Shown: positions 57,781-64,000 of the stretch, piece after piece
Layout of the letters: every line of letters starts with the position of its first letter
How positions within the stretch are numbered: the stretch's first letter is position 1
Assembly: GCA_943787745.1 (NCBI GenBank)
Contig: CALSNJ010000005.1
Location: forward strand, 14,438 to 78,437
Direction of reading: 5' to 3'
Length of the DNA: 64,000 nt
Source: an uncultured Alphaproteobacteria bacterium
GTDB taxonomy: Bacteria; Pseudomonadota; Alphaproteobacteria; UBA6615
Program-made: the position numbers and the translations under genes
Notes under the pieces: model-generated
What the model saw: the letters and a program-made list of their open reading frames with translations, nothing else
Told to the model about the DNA's origin: nothing
Database searches by the model: none

Positions 57781-58956
57781 TCAGGCAGACGATAATTCGG
57801 ACATGACCTTATAGAGATCGGCCTGGGCCTCGAACCCAATTCCGGGGCGATCCTCATCAAGGGTCAGATAGCCATCGATCACTTCGGCATCATCGGCGAA
57901 ATCCGAGAACATGCCGAAAGTGTTGGGGTAGCTCTCGCAAAGCAGCATGCCCAGCCCGGCGGCGATGTGCAGGGACATCTGGTTGCCGCCATGGGGCATC
58001 AGGCCGTTCTCGGTCCAGCCATGCTCCTTGAGCATCTTGATCGTTCGGGTGACCGCGACAACGCCATAGCTCTGCGGCGGATCGCTCTGCAGCACGTCAT
58101 GGTCGGTCCGCATGCCGCCGAACCGCACAAGGTTCTCGACATCCTGGGTTGAAAACAGGTTCTCACCGGTCGCCAGTGGCGGTGCGTAAATATCGGCCAG
58201 CTCAGCCAGCAGCGCGTAGTCGAGCGGGTCCGTGGCCTCCTCGTACCAGCGCAGATTATATGGGGCCATGGCCTTGGCATAATCGAAGGCGCCCTGCCGC
58301 GTCAGGCCGCAATTGGCATCCACGGCGAGGTTCCAGCCGTCATCGCCGACCAGTTTGAGAACCGCTTCCAGACGCGACATGTCGTCAGAGACACTCATGC
58401 CGCCGATTTTCATTTTCAGCTGGGTGTACCCCATGTCGAGATAACCGCGCATCTCGTCGAGCAGTTCGGGCGTGCCCTTGCCCGGCGCGTACCAGCCACC
58501 ACCCACATAGACGAACATCTTCGGCTTGGCGCCGCCGGGGTTGTAGCGTTCCTCGATCGAACGGAAGGCGGGCTTCTCCTCGATCTTGGCGATTGCATCC
58601 CAGACTGCGAACTCGATGGTGCCGATACCGACCGAGCGATCCGAGTGCCCGCCGGGCTTTTCGCCCTGCATCATGGCCGCGAGAATTTTCTCGGGGTCGA
58701 GGTTGTTGCGCTCCTCATCGATCAGGCTGTCGGGATCGGAATCGAGAATGCGCGGAATGAACCGCGCGCGCATTTGCGCGCCGCAGGCATAGCGGCCTGT
58801 CGAGTTGAAGGCGTAGCCGACGACGGGCTTGCCGTCGCGGATCACGTCAGTGATGACGGCAACCACCGAGGTGGTCATTTGGCTGAAATCGAAAACCGCA
58901 TTGCGCAGGCTCAAGTTCAGAGGGACCGCGATTTCGCGGATATCGGTAATGCGCAT
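57781..58956 (-). CDS. enolase-superfamily enzyme (mandelate racemase/muconate lactonising family)
   Basis: N-terminal capping domain MRITDIREIAVPL and barrel metal ligands (VDAN, EE, ...). Confidence 0.75.
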   Translation of the reverse strand: MRITDIREIAVPLNLSLRNAVFDFSQMTTSVVAVITDVIRDGKPVVGYAFNSTGRYACGAQMRARFIPRILDSDPDSLIDEERNNLDPEKILAAMMQGEKPGGHSDRSVGIGTIEFAVWDAIAKIEEKPAFRSIEERYNPGGAKPKMFVYVGGGWYAPGKGTPELLDEMRGYLDMGYTQLKMKIGGMSVSDDMSRLEAVLKLVGDDGWNLAVDANCGLTRQGAFDYAKAMAPYNLRWYEEATDPLDYALLAELADIYAPPLATGENLFSTQDVENLVRFGGMRTDHDVLQSDPPQSYGVVAVTRTIKMLKEHGWTENGLMPHGGNQMSLHIAAGLGMLLCESYPNTFGMFSDFADDAEVIDGYLTLDEDRPGIGFEAQADLYKVMSELSSA

Positions 58957-59002
58957 GATGAATAACTCTTACGATGAGAAGGTGGTGAAGGCCAACTGCC
59001 GA

Positions 59003-60517
59003 TCAGTCGGCAGGTTTTGAATAGCGGTCCTTGATCTCGCGACGCAGGACCTTTCCGACCGCGCTGCGCGGAAGGTCGTCGACAAGATGGATTGATTTGG
59101 GGGCTTTGACCGAACCAAGCTGTTCCCTGGCATGGGCGATGATGTCTTCGGCGCTGCTCGTGGCGCCTGCGCGCAATTGCACGGCAGCCTCGACCCGTTC
59201 GCCCCAATGGTCGTCTTCGGCACCGAAGACAACACACTCATAGACGTCGGGATGCTTGACCAATGCACCTTCGACATCGCCGGGATAGACATTGAAGCCA
59301 CCGGAAATAATCACGTCGCGCAGACGGTCCTTGAGGAACAGGTAGCCGTTCTCATTGATCAGCCCGCCATCGCCGGTGTGCAGCCAGCCGTCCTTGAAGG
59401 CTTCTTCGGTGGCTTTCGGGTTTTTGTAGTAGCCGGTCATGGTCAGCCCGCCGCGCACCACAACTTCGCCGGCCTCGCCGGGCGGAAGAATATTGCCGTC
59501 GGGGTCCTTGATCTCAACGCGCATCAGCGGTGTCGCGCGACCGACCGAGCCGATGTTTTCTTCCATCAACATTTCGGCCGCCGACATGGTTGTGCAAACC
59601 GAGGACGCTTCGGTCTGGCCATACAGCGTTTCGAGTGCGTTGGGGAAAACCTCCTGAGCCTGGCGAACTTTCTCAGGCGGCATGGGTGCTGCGCCATAGA
59701 TAAGGTGACGCAGTTTGGGAAATCTCCGCGTCTCGATATTCGGCTCGGCCATGGTTTTGTAGATCATTGTGGGTGGCATGAAGATGGTGCTCACATCGCG
59801 CTTTTCGAACGCGTGCAGGATGCGATCGGGGTCCGGCGTGGACAGCACGATATTGCGACCACCCGCTGCGAATATTGGCAGCATCAGGATGAAAGCGGCG
59901 TGGCTCACCGGTGCTGCGGCAGCCTGAACGTCGCTGGCATCCAGACGAAAAACCGAAAGAACGGTGCCAATCAGGGTGACCCCCGTTCGGTAGGGCTGCA
60001 TTACGGCCTTGGGCAAGCCGGTTGAACCGCCGGTGAATTTGATCGCCTGAATCCCAGTGTTGGGATCGAGCAGATGGCGGGTTGGGCGCTTGCCGCGAAA
60101 TTTCTCGATCAGGCCGTCAACCGTGTCGCCTGCGGGTTTGCCATCGGGGGCAGCCACGATGATCGGGGTGTCTCCGATATCAAATGCATCCCGCGCGGCA
60201 TCATCGGCGATCATCAGATCGGGTTCGACCAGGTCCATCAGCGCCGTGTTCTCCGGCTTGCCACTGCGCGGGTTCACCGCCACCCAGATATGTCCCGCCA
60301 GATGTGTCGCCAGAATACCAATGACGTGCTGCAGATTGTTGAACCCACAGGCGCCGATTTTTGCCTGCGGTGTTGGCAAACGATCCTGCAGGGCAGCCGC
60401 CAAAGCCTCAACCCGTGCGACCAATTCGCGGTAAGTCAGTTGCGTGCTGTCATCCTCCAGCGCAATCCCGTCGGGGTTGATCTGGCGTCCGCGATAAAGG
60501 CTGTCGATGGGGAGCAT
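59003..60517 (-). CDS. AMP-dependent acyl-CoA synthetase/ligase
   Basis: Motifs FTGGSTGLPKAVM, YGQTE, GWLHTGD and the C-terminal K. Confidence 0.85.
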   Translation of the reverse strand: MLPIDSLYRGRQINPDGIALEDDSTQLTYRELVARVEALAAALQDRLPTPQAKIGACGFNNLQHVIGILATHLAGHIWVAVNPRSGKPENTALMDLVEPDLMIADDAARDAFDIGDTPIIVAAPDGKPAGDTVDGLIEKFRGKRPTRHLLDPNTGIQAIKFTGGSTGLPKAVMQPYRTGVTLIGTVLSVFRLDASDVQAAAAPVSHAAFILMLPIFAAGGRNIVLSTPDPDRILHAFEKRDVSTIFMPPTMIYKTMAEPNIETRRFPKLRHLIYGAAPMPPEKVRQAQEVFPNALETLYGQTEASSVCTTMSAAEMLMEENIGSVGRATPLMRVEIKDPDGNILPPGEAGEVVVRGGLTMTGYYKNPKATEEAFKDGWLHTGDGGLINENGYLFLKDRLRDVIISGGFNVYPGDVEGALVKHPDVYECVVFGAEDDHWGERVEAAVQLRAGATSSAEDIIAHAREQLGSVKAPKSIHLVDDLPRSAVGKVLRREIKDRYSKPAD

Positions 60518-60644
60518 GGAATTTCGCTGTTTGTGGAAACAAAGATCGCGCGTCGCGCACCGCTTGGCGTAACATGAAACCTAGCCCGCGAACACAAACG
60601 CACACGGCGTGACGACACGCCGTCTCACATTCTGGGAGAATATC

Positions 60645-61070
60645 ATGGCGAAGAAAATCGAACATTGTCACTGGCCCGACGCGCCGGATATCTGGATGCC
60701 CTATGCGCCTGCCATCAAGGTCACGGGCGGGACCACGGTTTATCTGGCCGGTGTGACAGCAGCACCCGTCTATCACAGCCATCCGCATGTGCCTGCTGAG
60801 TTCGCGGATATGCCCGATGATATGGAAGGGCAGGCTCGCGCTGTTCTTGAGAACCTGAAAAACGGTCTCGATGCGGTGGGTGCGACCTTCGACGATATCG
60901 TGACCGCCGATCGCTTCCTGACTGATATGTCTGACCAGGATATTCTCAACAGGGTCTGGGCCGAATATTTCGGTGACAACAAGCCGGCAACCACGACAGT
61001 GCAGATCGTGCAACTCGCAACCGACCCGCGCTGCGTGCTCGAGGTCAATGCCATTGCAGTGATCGACTGA
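60645..61070 (+). CDS. RidA/YjgF-family protein
   Basis: ATG at 60645 with a GGGAGA ribosome-binding site. The C-terminal pattern PATTTVQIVQL...LEVNAIAV is typical of the family. Confidence 0.7.
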   Translation: MAKKIEHCHWPDAPDIWMPYAPAIKVTGGTTVYLAGVTAAPVYHSHPHVPAEFADMPDDMEGQARAVLENLKNGLDAVGATFDDIVTADRFLTDMSDQDILNRVWAEYFGDNKPATTTVQIVQLATDPRCVLEVNAIAVID

Positions 61071-61082
61071 TCCCGATGACCG

Positions 61083-62399
61083 CTAGTCCTTGACGGCCGG
61101 GTCCCGATATTTCCGGATCAGGTCGTCGGGGTCGAGGCTGTCGACTTGCCGCAGCTTCGGGAACAGCCACGCGAAGCTGGCGGCCACGGTCATTGTCGCA
61201 ACTCCGCCCACCACAACGGCAGGGACCGTGCCCCACCAGTGGGCGGTCACGCCGGATTCAAATTCTCCGAGTTCGTTCGAGGCCCCGATGAACACGGCCG
61301 TGACGGCGCTGACCCGGCCACGCATCTCGTCGGGAGTGATGATCTGCACCAGGTTCTGGCGGACGAAGACGCTGACTGAATCGGCCAGCCCCATCACCAT
61401 GAGTGCGGCGAGCGAGAGCCAGAAGATTTCTGACAGGCCGAAGATGGTGACGCCGAGGCCAAAGGTTCCGACTGCGAGGAGCAGTTTAACGCCTGCATGA
61501 CGGCGGACTGGCATCTGGGTCATGTAGAGCGCGCCAATAAAACCACCGGCTGTAAAGGCGGATCGCAGGATGCCGAACCCGTCGGCACCAACGTTCAGGA
61601 TTTCGGTCGCGTAAACGGGCAGGAGGGCAATCGCACCACCAAACAGAACGGCGAAAAGGTCGAGGCCGATGGCACCGAAAATAACCTGTCGCGAGGCGAT
61701 GAATTTGAAGCCAGCCAAAATGTTGCCAACCGTGATTGGCGCTGAACTGACCACCTGCACCGGCTTGCGCACCAGGGCGGCGAGTATTGTTGCGAGCATG
61801 AAGGTGATGACCGCAAGGATGTAAACGAAGAACTCGTCTTCGCCGCGTGCCGCACCAAATGCGATCAGCAGCCCGGCAATTGTCGGTCCGATGATGCGGG
61901 CCATCTGGAAACCGGAGGACGACCAGGCAATAGCGTTGGCAAGGTCATGGCTCGGCACCAGATTGGGGACGATCGCCATTTGTGCCGGCGCCTGAAACGC
62001 GCGCGTGACCCCGAACAGAACCAGAATTGCCAGAATAATGGGGAAATCGATTTGTCCCGACCACGTGCCCCACAGAAGCGCGGCAGCGCATATGGTCTGC
62101 AGGGAGACGCACCCCAGAATGATCCGCATGCGTGGCAGGCGGTCTGCGGCGACACCGGACACCAGAAACAGAAGCGCAAAGGGCGCGAACTGCGCCAGTC
62201 CGATCAGACCGAGATTGAGTTCGCTCGCCGTCAGACGGTAGACCTGCCAGCCCACTGTGGTGACCAGCATTTCCGTCGCCAGGATGCCCGAGACCCGGGT
62301 CGCAAAGAAATAGCGAAAGTCGCGATGCGTGAACGCACGCATGCCCGTCAGCGCGCTTTTGGGCGCCGGTTCTGTGTCGGGCGATTGGGGAACGGACAT
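61083..62399 (-). CDS. MFS transporter (EntS/MFS_3-like)
   Basis: 438 aa, about 12 TM spans, DRLPRMRI motif. Confidence 0.8.
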   Translation of the reverse strand: MSVPQSPDTEPAPKSALTGMRAFTHRDFRYFFATRVSGILATEMLVTTVGWQVYRLTASELNLGLIGLAQFAPFALLFLVSGVAADRLPRMRIILGCVSLQTICAAALLWGTWSGQIDFPIILAILVLFGVTRAFQAPAQMAIVPNLVPSHDLANAIAWSSSGFQMARIIGPTIAGLLIAFGAARGEDEFFVYILAVITFMLATILAALVRKPVQVVSSAPITVGNILAGFKFIASRQVIFGAIGLDLFAVLFGGAIALLPVYATEILNVGADGFGILRSAFTAGGFIGALYMTQMPVRRHAGVKLLLAVGTFGLGVTIFGLSEIFWLSLAALMVMGLADSVSVFVRQNLVQIITPDEMRGRVSAVTAVFIGASNELGEFESGVTAHWWGTVPAVVVGGVATMTVAASFAWLFPKLRQVDSLDPDDLIRKYRDPAVKD

Positions 62400-62419
62400 A
62401 TGTCCTGACTTGAAAGAGA

Positions 62420-62494
62420 TGGTGCCGCCGGAGTGAATTGAACACTCGACCTCACCATTACCAATGGTGCGCTCTACCCCTGAGCTACGGCGGC
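62420..62494 (-). tRNA. tRNA-Thr (anticodon GGU)
   Basis: The reverse complement folds as a cloverleaf. Acceptor GCCGCCG/CGGCGGC, D stem GCTC/GAGC, anticodon stem CACCA/TGGTG with loop TTGGTAA, T stem GAGTG/CACTC with loop TTCAATT, and an encoded CCA. Confidence 0.9.
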
Positions 62495-62615
62495 ACTATG
62501 TTCGAAAACGCGCGGGTTATGCCATGTGTCTTGCGGCGCGGCAAGGACTGCTGTTGGCCTATCGATGACAGCGTGCAAATATCCCATGAATTAGGGGCTT
62601 ATGGAGGTTTGTTAG

Positions 62616-63050
62616 GTGTTTGAACGTTTTCGTCTGGAGCTCAACCGACATAAGCAACGGCCGTTTCTCGAAGCGGTCGCGGCCGCTTGCGCTCTGGTCG
62701 CCACGGCTGATGGGGAAGTCAGTTTTTCGGAACGTGCACGCCTCGACACCGTGATTGAGAGTCTGTCCCAGCTGCGGTTGTTTGATCCACATGAAGTTGT
62801 CGATGCATTTGATGAGCATGTCGCGCAGCTTGCCGATGATGATGATGGCGTTGCTGCGATGCTGAAGGTCATCAGTGCGGGCACCCGGGCAGAAGGAGCC
62901 GCCGATCTGTTGTTGCGGATCAGCGCCGCGATGAGCCTGGCCGATGGGCGTGACAGCTCGGACGAACACGAGATCATTCACAAAATCTGCGCTGCACTCC
63001 AATTGCCGGATACATCGGTCGAGCAGGCCTATACGGCCGTCCAGAGCTAA
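62616..63050 (+). CDS. TerB-like (tellurite-resistance TerB family) protein
   Basis: GTG start. ATADGEVSFSERARL and LADGRDSSDEHEIIHKI are paired TerB-type helices. Confidence 0.55.
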   Translation: MFERFRLELNRHKQRPFLEAVAAACALVATADGEVSFSERARLDTVIESLSQLRLFDPHEVVDAFDEHVAQLADDDDGVAAMLKVISAGTRAEGAADLLLRISAAMSLADGRDSSDEHEIIHKICAALQLPDTSVEQAYTAVQS

Positions 63051-63089
63051 GCGACCGCCCCATCCAACCTGAAAAGAAAGAGATGTCAG

Positions 63090-63479
63090 ATGCTGAACTT
63101 CATCAACCCGGACACCATGGCCCCGCCGCCGAGCAACTTCAGCCATGTTGTGGATGTGCCCGATGGCACGCGCATGGCGTTTATTTCGGGACAGGTAGCC
63201 ATCGACAAGGATGGTCAAAAATTCGAAGGCTTTGAGGCGCAGTGCAAGCAGGTCCTGCACAATCTCGAACTGGCGCTCGCGGCCGTGGATATGGAAATCA
63301 CGGACCTCGTGCGTCTGAACGCCTTCATTACGGATGCGGGTGATGTCGGTGCGTTTCGCGATATCCGAGATGCCTGGTCAGGGGGGCATCCCGCCGCATC
63401 AACCCTTGTGGTGGTCAGCGCATTGGCGGCGCCGGGCTGGAAAGTCGAGATTGAAGCCGTCGCCGCACGGGCAAAATGA
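63090..63479 (+). CDS. RidA-family protein (second copy)
   Basis: 129 aa. Pattern ISGQVAID...VLHNLELAL...AASTLVVVSALAAPGWKVEIEAVA. Confidence 0.8.
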   Translation: MLNFINPDTMAPPPSNFSHVVDVPDGTRMAFISGQVAIDKDGQKFEGFEAQCKQVLHNLELALAAVDMEITDLVRLNAFITDAGDVGAFRDIRDAWSGGHPAASTLVVVSALAAPGWKVEIEAVAARAK

Positions 63480-63658
63480 GCGACGACCCTCAAACCGGCG
63501 GTGCCAAGCCGCGTGGCCCGAAATCATCGCCAAGCGAGAAGGCGCGTCTTGAACGCCAGTCGGCGGCCTTGCGGGAGAATTTGCGCCGTCGCAATGCCCA
63601 GCGGCGCGGCCGCGAGGCCGGCGAAAGCGACTCCGAACCAAAGACAGATGGTTCGTGA
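63476..63658 (+). CDS. small basic hypothetical protein
   Basis: 60 aa, Arg/Lys-rich. The ATG overlaps the ridA stop (ATGA). Confidence 0.4.
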   Translation: MSDDPQTGGAKPRGPKSSPSEKARLERQSAALRENLRRRNAQRRGREAGESDSEPKTDGS

Positions 63659-63772
63659 GTTCATAACTGTCTGCAATTAAAAGAAAAAAGCCTGATTTTG
63701 CGGTGTGCTTGAGGGGTGCCCGGCCATTCGCTACAAGCGGATGTGACCTAGCAGCGCCGCGGGGGCCAACGC

Positions 63773-64000
63773 ATGCCAATTTTACCCGATAGCTGGATCC
63801 GCCAGAAGTCTCAGGACGAAGGCATGATCGAGCCGTTTGTAGATACCCAAACCCGGGAAGGGGTGATCTCCTATGGCTTGTCGTCATACGGATACGACGC
63901 CCGTGTTTCGGAAGAGTTCAAGATATTCACGAATGTGGATTCCGCCACGGTGGACCCGAAGAATTTCAACGAGAAAAGCTTCGTCGACCGGACGACCGAT
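63773..64000 (+). CDS. dcd: dCTP deaminase (5-prime partial, runs off the window)
   Basis: [11 protein letters not shown]...GMIEPF...[14 protein letters not shown]...FKIFTN...VDPKNF. Confidence 0.85.
   Translation, partial: MPILPDSWIRQKSQDEGMIEPFVDTQTREGVISYGLSSYGYDARVSEEFKIFTNVDSATVDPKNFNEKSFVDRTTD

Noticed and set aside
909-63479. Paralogue pairs (two PanE-like reductases, two RidA genes, two SGNH hydrolases, two IS3-family elements) as evidence of segmental duplication.
   Set aside because: The members of each pair are highly diverged at the protein level and sit in unrelated contexts. They are ordinary family expansion rather than recent duplication.
1-64000. CRISPR arrays, rRNA genes, integrases or att-site direct repeats delimiting the prophage.
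   Set aside because: I scanned for regularly spaced repeats and for tyrosine or serine recombinase motifs and found none. The only regular repeats are the hipBA operators and the two sRNA-like units.

Overview
The window looks like an alphaproteobacterial chromosome. This is an inference from the conserved housekeeping block ispB, DUF2007, an N6-adenine methyltransferase, sppA, glyQ, glyS and ppdK at about 15.7-24.7 kb. Mosaic accessory DNA lies on both sides of that block.

Left arm (0.3-13 kb): a decayed prophage packaging module.
- terS and terL are present. A 5-prime portal fragment lies 6.5 kb downstream and is cut by an IS3-family element.
- The DNA between terL and the portal carries cargo operons. 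One is a secreted Sel1-repeat protein with a small membrane protein.
- The other is a tightly coupled four-gene string: hipB, hipA, a membrane-anchored SGNH esterase and a Tat-exported sulfatase. Three regularly spaced operator palindromes lie upstream of it.
- Upstream of terS are two tandem sRNA-like units, each with a promoter-like element and an intrinsic terminator. They flank a nested palindromic element.

Middle (26-43 kb): envelope polysaccharide genes.
- A GT9/GT2/GT4/AsnB block.
- A convergent deoxysugar cluster: rfbB, rfbA and an SDR face GT2, rfbG-like, a TylCIII-like C-methyltransferase, rfbC-like, an acetyltransferase and a broken epimerase. This predicts a C-methyl-branched 6-deoxyhexose.
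- A second, decayed IS3-family element borders this cluster.

Right arm (43-64 kb): catabolic-type operons (amidase, 2OG oxygenase, enolase-superfamily enzyme, acyl-CoA ligase, cyclase, TetR), a heavily frameshifted TRAP dctPQM operon, an orphan response regulator, tRNA-Thr(GGU), TerB and RidA genes, and the start of dcd.

About 14 single-base frame disruptions occur, almost all 1-nt insertions, and they cluster strongly. One hits essential glyS, so sequence error and real gene decay cannot be separated without reads. No CRISPR array or rRNA was seen.
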